Positions 16,044 through 25,855 of a DNA stretch of 25,956 nucleotides are shown piece after piece; the first letter of the stretch is position 1; every line of letters starts with the position of its first letter. The notes beneath the pieces were generated by a model that worked only from the letters and a program-made list of their open reading frames with translations, was not told the origin of the DNA and did no database searches. The stretch is from the IMG/VR virus record IMGVR_UViG_3300022072_000117, positions 1 to 25,956 of that record; one strand, written 5' to 3'. Source of the DNA: a virus. Taxonomy: Duplodnaviria > Caudoviricetes. The translations under genes and the position numbers were made by a program.

Positions 16044-16072
16044 ACAAAAAGCAAAAAAAATAGTTAATTAGT
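16044..16072 (+). promoter_or_regulatory. putative late promoter ACAA-N15-GTTAATTAGT
   Basis: Recurring motif ahead of the first tail-module gene. Confidence 0.55.
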
Positions 16073-16073
16073 T

Positions 16074-16748
16074 ATGAAAGCACAGATTACAATACCTGAT
16101 AACATTAACGAAATTAGCCTAGGACAGTATCAAAAGTTCCTTAGTGTAGCTGATGGATTAGAGGGAGAGTTTTTAAACCAGCGAACGGTTGAGATATTTT
16201 GTCAAGTACCTTTTACTAATGTTTTAGTAATGAAGCGTAAAGACGTTAAAGAGATTGCGGAACATATCACAGCGTTGATAGGTGGTAAAGCGGAGTTTAT
16301 TCATAGGTTTAAGATTAAGACTCAGGAGTTTGGATTCATGCCTGACATGGAAGCAATGACTTCGGGAGAGTTCGCAGATTTGACAGCTTACATAGGTAAA
16401 GAAGAGAACCTCCACAAAGCGATGGCTGTTATGTTTAGACCGATTACAATCACGCATAAAGACAAGTACGAGATAAGCGAATATAACGGCTCTAAAGAGT
16501 TCGGGGACTTAATGAAGTTTATGCCTTTAGGAGTCGCGCTTGGTGCGGTTGTTTTTTTTTACAATTTAACGAGCGACTTGTTGAACGCTACCCAACACTC
16601 TATACTGGCGGAAGTGGTGAAGGAGATTACAGCAGAGCAGCACAATTCGGTAAAAAATGGGGATTCTACCAAAACTTCTACACACTCGCTCAAGGAGATA
16701 TTAGACGATTTAATGAAGTTACAGCCATCGGTATACACGAATGTTTAA
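16074..16748 (+). CDS. putative tail assembly chaperone (0-frame product)
   Basis: 224-aa ORF containing a T9 slippery run at 16552-16560. Confidence 0.6.
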   Translation: MKAQITIPDNINEISLGQYQKFLSVADGLEGEFLNQRTVEIFCQVPFTNVLVMKRKDVKEIAEHITALIGGKAEFIHRFKIKTQEFGFMPDMEAMTSGEFADLTAYIGKEENLHKAMAVMFRPITITHKDKYEISEYNGSKEFGDLMKFMPLGVALGAVVFFYNLTSDLLNATQHSILAEVVKEITAEQHNSVKNGDSTKTSTHSLKEILDDLMKLQPSVYTNV

Positions 16749-16816
16749 CGTACTTATCATTTGAGAAAGAGAAAAACGAATTGGAAGCAGCATTGATTAA
16801 AAAGAACTTTAAATGA
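16553..16816 (+). CDS. -1 frameshift extension of ORF 16074 (fusion about 247 aa)
   Basis: -1 frame open from T-TTT-TTT: LQFNERLVERYPTLY...FGKKWGFYQNFYTLAQGDI...LTYLSFEKEK...NFK; no ATG of its own; TGA overlaps ATG 16813. Confidence 0.75.
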   Translation, partial: FFLQFNERLVERYPTLYTGGSGEGDYSRAAQFGKKWGFYQNFYTLAQGDIRRFNEVTAIGIHECLTYLSFEKEKNELEAALIKKNFK

Positions 16817-18336
16817 AAACATACTACAACATATTAGACACTATTAAGAATCAGTTACTACAAGATAACGATTGCAACAGTGTAACAGAGGGGAGTATCT
16901 GGGAAATTGATTTAGATAAGCAAACGATTGCGCCTTTATCGCACATTCAAGTAAACAACGCCACAAGACAAGGGAGTACTTATGTATTCAATATTTCTGT
17001 GTTCTGCATGGATATAGTAGACAAAAACCCTAAAGCAACAATTAATAAATTCAGAGGTAACGATAACGAACAAGATGTGCTTAACACACAGTTAGCGGTT
17101 GGTGCTAGGTTGGTTGAGTTGATGGAGCGTGGAGATTTAAGAGATGATAACTTTGCTTTAAGTGGGGAGCCTACTTTTGAATCATTTACAGAACGCTTTG
17201 AAAACTTTTGGGCAGGTTGGACTGTAACCTTTGATGTTCAAGTTCCTAACGAGATGACTATATGCGATAACGTTATACCTTCGGGAGATTGTCCAGATGC
17301 TACTTATACAATAACAGATTTAGATGGAAATACTTTATATACTGGTACTATTGCGAGTGGCTTTTCAACTACTCAGGAAATAAACAACTCTACAGCAGTA
17401 CTTAAAAACACTCTAGGTACAACGATAAGCACGACTGAAATACTAGCGGAAGGAAGCGAAGAAATAACAGCACCAAACGCACTTGTAGGCTTGTTAAATT
17501 CAGAAGGTTCAGTTATAGGTGGAGACAGTTTTCCGAGCGGTACAGCTTCAAACATGACAGCACCCGATGGAATGGCAACAAATAGCAATGCAACATATTC
17601 ATTAAGCGTTCCTAGTGGTGGTATATCTTCACTACCTGACGTTACAAATATAGATTCGGACGGGTTGCCAGTAGTTACGCCAGCTCAAACACCTTTTGTT
17701 TGTACGCCTTGTGGGGGTGGTGGCTCTGTTGGTATGAAGCTGATGAAAACAGGTAGAACTGTCAGTTACTTAACAGGTGATGATGGTGACTTACAAAACG
17801 GTAGAGATACGGACTTTTTCACTTTAGACGGTTTAAATGGATTCGGAACAAACGCAAGGTTCACCGATGAACTAGGTAATTATGTAGACTCTACATCTTA
17901 TTATAATGCAGACGGTTCTCCAGCTTTATATTATACTGTATTCCTAAACAAAGTAATGATTGATTGGAGCACTTACGACGGTGTAAATGTTCTAGGTTAT
18001 TACTATAATGAAATATCGGGAACAAATAGGAATTTTAGCGATTATCTAGCGTGGTGCAGTGCGTTGTCTGTACTTTCATTAAGTTGGCGAGCGATTAATA
18101 AAAGGGAATTAGAAAATTTAATTAACCCTGATTATCAAGGTGTGACAAAATACCCTCCAATTAGTTCTTTAGGTTTATGGGGTGGTTCTGTATGGTCGAA
18201 TACTAACCATGTATCACAAACTAATTATTATTATAAATTAAGCAATTACGGTGGTAGCGTGTCGTTAGGTATAGATACTGGCGTTGCGAAATGCGTTGCA
18301 GCTCGAAACTTCACTTTAGCAGAACTAGGACTATAA
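16813..18336 (+). CDS. virion protein: tail-completion-like N-terminus, Thr/Ser/Gly-rich linker, DUF1566/Lcl-like C-terminal domain
   Basis: First ~150 aa end in WAGWTVTFDVQVPN; C-terminal KTG..SY..GDDG, IDWST, WR..NKRELENL, WSNT motifs. Confidence 0.55.
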   Translation: MKTYYNILDTIKNQLLQDNDCNSVTEGSIWEIDLDKQTIAPLSHIQVNNATRQGSTYVFNISVFCMDIVDKNPKATINKFRGNDNEQDVLNTQLAVGARLVELMERGDLRDDNFALSGEPTFESFTERFENFWAGWTVTFDVQVPNEMTICDNVIPSGDCPDATYTITDLDGNTLYTGTIASGFSTTQEINNSTAVLKNTLGTTISTTEILAEGSEEITAPNALVGLLNSEGSVIGGDSFPSGTASNMTAPDGMATNSNATYSLSVPSGGISSLPDVTNIDSDGLPVVTPAQTPFVCTPCGGGGSVGMKLMKTGRTVSYLTGDDGDLQNGRDTDFFTLDGLNGFGTNARFTDELGNYVDSTSYYNADGSPALYYTVFLNKVMIDWSTYDGVNVLGYYYNEISGTNRNFSDYLAWCSALSVLSLSWRAINKRELENLINPDYQGVTKYPPISSLGLWGGSVWSNTNHVSQTNYYYKLSNYGGSVSLGIDTGVAKCVAARNFTLAELGL

Positions 18337-18806
18337 TGTTAGAAGAAGTACAAAAGGAAATGTCAAGATTTGGGAAGAGCGTAGTTAAACAGTCACGCTC
18401 TAACCTTACACGTAAAGGACATAACGACACGAAGGACTTGTACAACAGTTTAGGTTACGATTTAAACGTACACAAGAACTCGTTTAGCTTGTCTTTTTAT
18501 ATGGCTGAATATGGAGCGTATCAAGATGAAGGGGTAAGAGGTGCTTACAGTAACAAACGCGCGCCAAACTCACCGTTTAGATATAAACGAAACAAACCAA
18601 TCGGAGGTAAGCCATTTGAGAAATGGGCAAAACGTAAAGGGATAAGCCCTTGGGCAGTTGCTAGGTCTGTATGGACTAAAGGGTTAAAGCCTACATTATT
18701 CTTCACTAAGCCATTTGAGAACGCATTTTTACAATTACCTGAAGGATTAATAGAACAGTTCGGATTAGATATAGACACATTTTTAGAAGAAACTTTAAAT
18801 AATTAA
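18336..18806 (+). CDS. neck/tail-completion protein (HK97 gp10-like)
   Basis: TAATG-coupled start at 18336; basic protein with LYNSLGY...YGAYQDEG...GLKPTLFFTKPF. Confidence 0.6.
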   Translation: MLEEVQKEMSRFGKSVVKQSRSNLTRKGHNDTKDLYNSLGYDLNVHKNSFSLSFYMAEYGAYQDEGVRGAYSNKRAPNSPFRYKRNKPIGGKPFEKWAKRKGISPWAVARSVWTKGLKPTLFFTKPFENAFLQLPEGLIEQFGLDIDTFLEETLNN

Positions 18807-18808
18807 TA

Positions 18809-19861
18809 ATGCCAACATACAAACAAGTAAACGCAAGAAGTCCTTACATAGTTAGTGCAACAGGAACAGCTGGTCAATCAGTAGAAATAGAGTTATTCTT
18901 ATGGAACTATCCAGACTCAGAGCCTGCAACATATCAAAAAGTATTATCTAAGCCTATACCAAGTACTAATATAACTACGGTACACTTTGATTTAAGCCCT
19001 TATCTTAGAGAATATATTGACACGGTTAACTTCGTTCCTAACGCTTCAACGTCTCCAATAGATGCTGATGATGGTTCTTATTGTTATGCACGTGCTAAAG
19101 TGTACGTAAACGGTTTTGTAACAGATAACGAATACTTACTAGCCTTAGACGGTTACGGTTATTTTGACGAAGGTTATAATCCTATTGATTCACCTGTGTT
19201 ACTTACTGAGGGAGAGTATTATGTTAAGCAAGGAGGTGACACAGGAAGTATTTATGTTTATAATGACGATAATCATACATGGGAAGCAAAGTATGTTTCT
19301 TTAGACGGAACTACTGCTTCTGTTAACGGTTTGTTTAATGGTGTATCGGCACAGGTTACAAGGTTACCTTATATCACAGCTTCACACGTTGGAACAGGTG
19401 GGAGTGAAGTAATAATATTTAAAGATACTGTAGAATTTGCTTCGTTTACTTTTAGGGAGATATGCGAGCCTAAATACACGCCTGTAACTTGTGACTTTAA
19501 GAATAAGTTTGGCGTATGGCAAAGGATAGTATTCTTCAAGGTATCTAAAAGTACTATGCAGATGTCTAATAACGAATACCACTTAATGCCAACAAGTATT
19601 GATTACGACACTACGCAAAACGTTCAACAGTCGTTTAATTCAAACGGTATAGAATCAATCAAGGTTAACACTGGATGGGTTCCTGAGTCTTATAGCGAGG
19701 TTATTAAACAACTTACTTTTAGTGAGTCAATAAGATTAGACGGAAAGCCTGTTAATATAAATACAAAAAGCATTGATTTATTTAAAGCGATAAACGAAAG
19801 AAATATTAATTATACGATTGATTTTAACTACGCTAATCATATGATAAACTACGTACAATAA
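18809..19861 (+). CDS. putative tail structural protein
   Basis: 350-aa beta-rich ORF in the tail module. Confidence 0.6.
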   Translation: MPTYKQVNARSPYIVSATGTAGQSVEIELFLWNYPDSEPATYQKVLSKPIPSTNITTVHFDLSPYLREYIDTVNFVPNASTSPIDADDGSYCYARAKVYVNGFVTDNEYLLALDGYGYFDEGYNPIDSPVLLTEGEYYVKQGGDTGSIYVYNDDNHTWEAKYVSLDGTTASVNGLFNGVSAQVTRLPYITASHVGTGGSEVIIFKDTVEFASFTFREICEPKYTPVTCDFKNKFGVWQRIVFFKVSKSTMQMSNNEYHLMPTSIDYDTTQNVQQSFNSNGIESIKVNTGWVPESYSEVIKQLTFSESIRLDGKPVNINTKSIDLFKAINERNINYTIDFNYANHMINYVQ

Positions 19862-22227
19862 TGAGAGAAGTACAATTATACATAAACAATCAAAGAGTAG
19901 ATTTATTTAAGGATGAGAAGATACAAATCACTTCAACTATACAAAACATTCAAGACATTTCTAAGGTCTTTACGGATTTTTCTCAATCGTTCACTGTTCC
20001 TTGTAGCCGTAATAATAATATTATCTTTGATTACTTTTACAACAACGATGTCAATGGTAGTTTTAAAGCTAAAGAATTGGCTGACGCAAGAATTGAAATC
20101 AATAACGTTCCTTTCCGAAAGGGAAAAGTGCAACTCGAAGGCTCAGAGATAAAGAACAATAAAGCAGAATCATACAAGATTACTTTCTACGGTGACGTTG
20201 TAACGCTTAAAGACTTGTTTGGAGATGACAAGTTACAAGATTTAAACTATGACGCTATTGCATTTGAATATACAGGGGACAACGTTAGAGACACTTTAAC
20301 AGATACTACTGATATTCCTGTTCGCTTTCCTTTGATAAGCTCAGAGAGAGTATGGGAATACGGTGTAGGAGGTGCTGAAGATATAAGTACAGCGGGAGGG
20401 CGTATAGTTTATAACGAATTATTTCCAGCGATTAAAGATAAAGCTATTATAGACGCTATAGAGACTAAATACGGTGTAACTTTTAGCGGTAACTTTCTAA
20501 ATTCTGAGTACTTTCAAAAGTCTTTTACTTATTGGAAAAACGCAAAGGAAGCTAAGATTTCAGGGAGTACAAAGATGTTTGAATTTAACGATACAGCACC
20601 AAAAACTCCTTTAATAAATAATGAAATTCTAAATAATTATATACCGTTACCTGCGACAGGTTTAAGTGGTTCTGCTGTTCATCAAATAAAAGTGTCTATT
20701 AACGCTTCACCTACTATTAATTACTTCTTAGACACTTACAAAAACGGTGTGTTATTAAGCACTCAGGAAGGAACTGGTGGAGGCTATCACTACATCATAC
20801 CTAACGTACTTAATAATCCTTCTTTAAGTGATGTTTACACTGTCGGAATAAGGGGACAAGGTAATGTTGCAACCGTAACAGGATTTGTAGAATATAGATT
20901 TATATACTATACAATAGTAGGAGGTGTTTTGACTACAAACGTTGATGAATGGACTGCGAATATAACACCGATAACATTAGACACAGATGTTAATTTTAAC
21001 TTTACATCACCTGATATTACGGTTAGTGATTGGTTTAGCGGAATACTTAAAGAGTTTAATTTAACGTGTTATCCTTTAGATGAGAATTTAGACTTTCAAA
21101 TAGAACCGTTAGAACAATGGTACAATTACGGTGGAGAACTAGACATAACGCCTTATACTGAGATTGAAAGTATACAGGTAGATAGACCAAAACTTTACAA
21201 GAACATTTCTTTTGAGTGGCAAGATACTAAAGCTTTTTTAAATGAATCTTTTGAAGGTTTCTTCGGTAGAAAGTACGGAGAGTTAAAAGAGCAGTTTGAA
21301 TATAACGGTGGAGATTTTAAAGTAAAGTTACCATTCGAGAATATGTTATTTAATAAGTTCGATAGTACAGATTTACAAGTAAGTTACTGTTTAGATAGTG
21401 GAGTAGGTGGCAAATCATACATACCAAAACCTGTTAAGTTATTCTTAGATGAGTCTGTAGCTTGTAGTTTTTACTTTTATGATTCAACAGCAGCGAATGA
21501 AGTGACTTCTTACGTGCCATTTGGTCAAGACCAAGTTTATAATTTACAAGACTATTCGCAAAACTTTGGTTTAGATATTTCGAGTCTAAAGTTAGACCCT
21601 ATAAATAATTCTTTATACAGAACATTTTACGAAGCTTATATTCAAAACTTATTTAACGATAAAACAAGAGAGGTTACTGTTAAGTGTCATTTACCATTAG
21701 AGCAATTAACACTATTAACGTTAGATGATGCTATAATATTACGAGATAAGAAGTACAGAATTAACGAAATGAAAACCGAACTAACAAGCGGAGAGGTAGA
21801 GTTGGTTTTGCTTAGTGATTGGGTAGTAAGCAAGGGCGTAGTTCCTGCACCAACTGAGCCTTTAACTGGTGACGGTGGCGTGATTGTCGTTCCTGTAAAA
21901 CCTATTAAACCAAACAAGCCAGTAAAACGCTTTGACGGTGGCGGTGGGTATGTTGAAATAGAAGCACCTTTAGAGACTGCCTTTGTAACTGGTTCGCCTG
22001 CTTTACCTGCAACTTTCACAGGTGAAGATACGATAGAGTTTACTATTGCTGAGAATACGACAGGCTCGGAAAGAATCCAGACTATACCTGTAACTTACTA
22101 CGATGTTCAAGGAAATGTAATCAAAGAGACATACATTACCATAACACAAAAGACTAATGATAGTTATTTACTTAAAGAGGATGGAAGTTATTTATTACTC
22201 GAAGATTTAGGAAAAATAATATTATGA
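19861..22227 (+). CDS. putative tail tip / baseplate hub protein
   Basis: 788 aa; VDLFKDEKIQITSTIQ...DFSQSFTVP N-terminus; adjacent to the tape measure gene. Confidence 0.6.
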   Translation: MREVQLYINNQRVDLFKDEKIQITSTIQNIQDISKVFTDFSQSFTVPCSRNNNIIFDYFYNNDVNGSFKAKELADARIEINNVPFRKGKVQLEGSEIKNNKAESYKITFYGDVVTLKDLFGDDKLQDLNYDAIAFEYTGDNVRDTLTDTTDIPVRFPLISSERVWEYGVGGAEDISTAGGRIVYNELFPAIKDKAIIDAIETKYGVTFSGNFLNSEYFQKSFTYWKNAKEAKISGSTKMFEFNDTAPKTPLINNEILNNYIPLPATGLSGSAVHQIKVSINASPTINYFLDTYKNGVLLSTQEGTGGGYHYIIPNVLNNPSLSDVYTVGIRGQGNVATVTGFVEYRFIYYTIVGGVLTTNVDEWTANITPITLDTDVNFNFTSPDITVSDWFSGILKEFNLTCYPLDENLDFQIEPLEQWYNYGGELDITPYTEIESIQVDRPKLYKNISFEWQDTKAFLNESFEGFFGRKYGELKEQFEYNGGDFKVKLPFENMLFNKFDSTDLQVSYCLDSGVGGKSYIPKPVKLFLDESVACSFYFYDSTAANEVTSYVPFGQDQVYNLQDYSQNFGLDISSLKLDPINNSLYRTFYEAYIQNLFNDKTREVTVKCHLPLEQLTLLTLDDAIILRDKKYRINEMKTELTSGEVELVLLSDWVVSKGVVPAPTEPLTGDGGVIVVPVKPIKPNKPVKRFDGGGGYVEIEAPLETAFVTGSPALPATFTGEDTIEFTIAENTTGSERIQTIPVTYYDVQGNVIKETYITITQKTNDSYLLKEDGSYLLLEDLGKIIL

Positions 22228-22370
22228 TAGACAAATTACTAGAATTGCTTACTCAGGATGAATGGTTAGGAGTTAGTAAAAACATTGATATAGCCAAAGG
22301 TAAGTATAAGATACCTAAAAACCTAAAAGAGAAACGCGAACAAGTTAAAAGAGAAAAAGCATGGCTATAA
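22224..22370 (+). CDS. small hypothetical protein (48 aa; not in the ORF track)
   Basis: ATGA overlap; MIDKLLELL...NIDIAKGKYKIPK; overlaps the next start. Confidence 0.6.
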   Translation: MIDKLLELLTQDEWLGVSKNIDIAKGKYKIPKNLKEKREQVKREKAWL

Positions 22371-24376
22371 AGAAATATATCGACATTGAGGTAAACACTA
22401 AACAAGCTGTCAAGTCATTAGATGATTTAGGAGGTAGTTTTGAGGACGTTTACGGAGAGATACAGCCATTAAACACTGTTATAGGTGAGTTAGAAGATAG
22501 GCTTTACCAAATGGCTGGAAATGGTGAACAAGCAACCGAAGAATTTAAGCTACTTTCTAAACAAGTTGGTGACTATAAAAAGGTTATTATAGATACTGAT
22601 TTAGCGATTGATTCAATGGCTCAGACTACTGCTCAGAATTTGGGCGGTGCTTTGGGTGGTGTAACTGCTGGCTTTGAGTTAGGAGCGGGTGCAATGGGCG
22701 CAATGGGTGTTGAAGCTGAAGTAGTCGAAGCGCAACTATTGAAGGTTCAGTCTGCTATGGCTATCGCTCAGGGTGTGCAAGGTATCAAAGAAGCTATACC
22801 GAGCTTTAAAGCGTTGACTGCTGGAATAATGAAAACGGCAGCAGCTCAAAAAGCGTTAACCATTGCTCAAGGGATTGGTGCAGTAGCTACAGAGGTTCTT
22901 AATGCGGTTATGAATAGTAACCCTATTCTCTTATTGATAACAGCGGTTGCTGGACTTGCTTATGCATACAGAGAGTACACAAATGTGATTGCAGATGTGG
23001 AAGAAATGAACGAAAAACTAAACGATTCTCTTGAGCGACAAAACAATCTACTAGATAAAACTATTGCAAAGATTAGAAAAAGCTCAGAGCAAAGGCTTAG
23101 ACAGTTAGAACTAGATGGAGCTAGTGAGAAGGTTCTACACGAGGAGAGACTTAGACAGATAGAAGAAGAAAACTTAATACGTAAAGCACAAGTAAGCGAG
23201 GTTAAGTTTCAGGTAGAGGAAAAATCCAAAATATTAAAACTTGCACTAAAGCACGATGACAAAGAGCTTGCAGAGTCCACAGCTCAAGAAATAAAAGATA
23301 TAGAAAAAAAATACGAAGAGTTACGTCTACTAGATGGAGATTACTTACAGGACAAGCAAGAAGAAGATAATAAATACCAAGAGACAGTTAACACTAACAG
23401 AGAAAAAGACGTAGCGAATTATAAAGCGTATACCGAAAAGAAAAAAGCATACGATGAAAAGAGGCTACAAACTAAGAGGGAGATTGAGGATAAAGTTTTA
23501 GAACTTCAAGCAGATACAGAAGTAAAGGAGCAAGAATTAAACGTATTAAAACTAGAACGCTACAGAGCTGACACTTTAAAAAATACAGAGCTAACCGAGT
23601 CTGAAAAAACAGAGTTAATAGCTCTAGCGGAAGAGGAGGCTTGGCAAAAAAGAAAAGAGATAGCAAATAAGTATAAAGCGATTGACGATGAAGAATTAAA
23701 AGTAGCACAAGAATTTGAAGCACTAAAAAAACAAACGGAACTTGAAGAGTTAGAAGCGAGACTTGCAGCAGAGCAAGAAATCTACGACAGGGTAAGGGAT
23801 GAACAATTAGAAAAAGACAAAGCTGCTGCCGAGCAGAAGAAAGCTATCACTTCGGCAGGACTAGATAGTGCTATGGCTTCTTTGGAGTCTTTACAGTCTC
23901 TAAATGAATTAGTGACACAGAGCGAATTAAAAAACGCAGAAGGTAACGAAGCAAAGCAAGAAGAGATTAGGAAAAAATCTTTTGAACGTAACAAGAAGTT
24001 ACAAATCGCAATGGCTGTAATCTCAGGAGTTCAAGGTGTGATTAATGCGCTAACAGCTCAAAGTACAATTCCTGAGCCTTTTGGAACTATCTTAAAAGTT
24101 GCTTCTGCTGCTGCTATTGGAGCGACTACAGCTGTAAATATTGCAAAAATAAAAGCTAGTACATATCAAGGTGGTGGCGGTGGTGGTGCAAGTGCTTCTA
24201 TAACATCTGCTCCTAGAATGCCTAGTTTTAACATTGTAGGAAACAGTCCACAGAATCAACTAGCGCAATCGTTAGGAAGTCAAGAACAAGAACCAATTAA
24301 AACTTATGTTGTAAGTGGTGAAGTATCAACAGCGCAGAGCTTAGATAGAAATAGAGTAAGGACAGCGAGTTTATAA
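22361..24376 (+). CDS. tape measure protein
   Basis: 671 aa; Ala/Gly-rich helices, NPILLLITAVAGL segment, long coiled coil. Confidence 0.75.
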   Translation: MAIKKYIDIEVNTKQAVKSLDDLGGSFEDVYGEIQPLNTVIGELEDRLYQMAGNGEQATEEFKLLSKQVGDYKKVIIDTDLAIDSMAQTTAQNLGGALGGVTAGFELGAGAMGAMGVEAEVVEAQLLKVQSAMAIAQGVQGIKEAIPSFKALTAGIMKTAAAQKALTIAQGIGAVATEVLNAVMNSNPILLLITAVAGLAYAYREYTNVIADVEEMNEKLNDSLERQNNLLDKTIAKIRKSSEQRLRQLELDGASEKVLHEERLRQIEEENLIRKAQVSEVKFQVEEKSKILKLALKHDDKELAESTAQEIKDIEKKYEELRLLDGDYLQDKQEEDNKYQETVNTNREKDVANYKAYTEKKKAYDEKRLQTKREIEDKVLELQADTEVKEQELNVLKLERYRADTLKNTELTESEKTELIALAEEEAWQKRKEIANKYKAIDDEELKVAQEFEALKKQTELEELEARLAAEQEIYDRVRDEQLEKDKAAAEQKKAITSAGLDSAMASLESLQSLNELVTQSELKNAEGNEAKQEEIRKKSFERNKKLQIAMAVISGVQGVINALTAQSTIPEPFGTILKVASAAAIGATTAVNIAKIKASTYQGGGGGGASASITSAPRMPSFNIVGNSPQNQLAQSLGSQEQEPIKTYVVSGEVSTAQSLDRNRVRTASL

Positions 24377-24383
24377 AATTCCA

Positions 24384-24418
24384 AATCCCCTGAGTTACCT
24401 ATTTTTACTCAGGGGATT
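24384..24418. terminator. hairpin terminator between convergent genes
   Basis: Perfect 12-bp inverted repeat AATCCCCTGAGT/ACTCAGGGGATT. Confidence 0.7.
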
Positions 24419-24443
24419 ATCTAACTATTTTAAAGGTTCTTTG

Positions 24444-25190
24444 TTATTTTTTTTGAATACTTCTATATGTTTTTAACTGAGTATTTAACCAAGGTCTAAT
24501 CATTTCTACAGAAGATAATAACGGGCTATCTTGTTTAGCTAACTCCTCTAGTTGTAAAAATAAGTAGTTCATTTCTTGTTTATTGTTTTTTACTTTTTGA
24601 TGTACAAACGTACACACTCTATTTATGGTAAACGCTTGAAATTTAGCACCTCCGTAAGTAGACTTTAGCCTAAGAAAATTATCGTTTAAATACTCGCTAA
24701 AATCTAAGTTTTTTATTTCGCTTCTTCCATCTTTAAAACATTGATTAGTTCCAGAGTTGAAGTAGATATTCAACACGTTACCTACTGAAAATACATTTTT
24801 CGACTTTAAATATTTACCATAAACAAAGTTATAGGCGTCTTTGTTTCGAGAAAAGCTTTTTAAATAATCTAATGCGCCCCATGCTCTATTAGAGTTATTT
24901 AAACTGATAATGTATTTTTGAGACATATCCAAGTCACTTGTATCTATCCAATCAACAATATAAACCGGTACGCTTGATAGATTCAGTTGCTCAGCAGCTA
25001 GAACCCTATGATGCCCCTCTATAATATTTCCTTTTTCATCTATAATAACAGGAGATAACCAACCGAACTCTTTTAGTTTTTTAGCAAACTTCTCAGTGTG
25101 CTTTACAACTATATCTCTATTAACTAAAGATTGAGTTAATTTACTGATTGGGTAATTTGCTTCAAATAATCCTTTTTTTAGATTCTTCAT
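24444..25190 (-). CDS. ParB/Srx N-terminal domain protein (moron)
   Basis: FGWLSPVIIDEKGNIIEGHHRVLAA ParB-N signature; only credible minus-strand gene. Confidence 0.8.
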   Translation of the reverse strand: MKNLKKGLFEANYPISKLTQSLVNRDIVVKHTEKFAKKLKEFGWLSPVIIDEKGNIIEGHHRVLAAEQLNLSSVPVYIVDWIDTSDLDMSQKYIISLNNSNRAWGALDYLKSFSRNKDAYNFVYGKYLKSKNVFSVGNVLNIYFNSGTNQCFKDGRSEIKNLDFSEYLNDNFLRLKSTYGGAKFQAFTINRVCTFVHQKVKNNKQEMNYLFLQLEELAKQDSPLLSSVEMIRPWLNTQLKTYRSIQKK

Positions 25191-25217
25191 AATTTAATTT
25201 TTAGTTATTAATTTCTT

Positions 25218-25247
25218 CAAATATATATAAATAATTCCAATTGACAA
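25218..25247 (-). promoter_or_regulatory. promoter TTG-N19-TATATTTG for the ParB-like gene
   Basis: Reverse complements of CAAATATA (25218-25225) and CAA (25245-25247) at consensus spacing. Confidence 0.65.
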
Positions 25248-25276
25248 CAAAAAACATAAATAAAAGTCAATTAAGT
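25247..25276 (+). promoter_or_regulatory. putative late promoter ACAA-N15-GTCAATTAAGT
   Basis: Recurring motif abutting ATG 25277. Confidence 0.55.
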
Positions 25277-25855
25277 ATGCAAGAAATCGAATTAACAATA
25301 AGAAACGAGAAAGAAGATGGGGTTTTTGCCGTGTCTTTGGTAGAGTCTCCAGCGATTGAAGAGAACTTTGTAGCGTTAAGCTCTGAGGGTGTAGAGTTAA
25401 AGGTTGCAGATGAAGAAAGGCGTATCGTAGTAGGCATGGCTTTAGTGCCTGAGAAACGTATTTACAGAAAGCAGAAAGGCAAAGAGTTTAACATTTGGTT
25501 TAGTAAAGAAACTATTGCAAAGACTCAGGAGCTTTATATGCGTAATCTAAACGCAAACAATGTAACAGTAGAACACGAGCGACCAATCAAAGGGGCTACG
25601 GTCATTGAAAGTTGGATAGTAGAAGATACTAAACACGATAAAAGCAACTTGTACAACCTTAACGCAGTTGAAGGTGCATGGTGTATTATGATGAAGATAC
25701 ACAACGACGAAGAATGGGAGAAAGTTAAAAGCGGAGACTACAAAGGTTTCAGTATTGAGGCAATGTATCAAGGTTTCGAGCAATTACAATCTAAGGAGTT
25801 AACAGAAGATGAGCAATTACTACAAACTATAAAAGATATTATAACAAATGGCTAA
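25277..25855 (+). CDS. XkdF-like putative prohead serine protease
   Basis: SLVESPAIEENF, ERRIVVGMALVP, TVEH, ESWIVED, GDYKGFSIEA; ATG 25277 preferred over TTG 25241. Confidence 0.75.
   Translation: MQEIELTIRNEKEDGVFAVSLVESPAIEENFVALSSEGVELKVADEERRIVVGMALVPEKRIYRKQKGKEFNIWFSKETIAKTQELYMRNLNANNVTVEHERPIKGATVIESWIVEDTKHDKSNLYNLNAVEGAWCIMMKIHNDEEWEKVKSGDYKGFSIEAMYQGFEQLQSKELTEDEQLLQTIKDIITNG

Noticed and set aside
18150-18336. Active diversity-generating retroelement
   Set aside because: No reverse transcriptase or template repeat seen in the window.
2698-25783. Short minus-strand ORFs in the track (e.g. 2698-2898, 3435-3668, 14997-15311, 21687-22019, 25547-25783) and plus-strand 19913-20152
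   Set aside because: They overlap well-supported genes, lack motifs and look like shadow ORFs.
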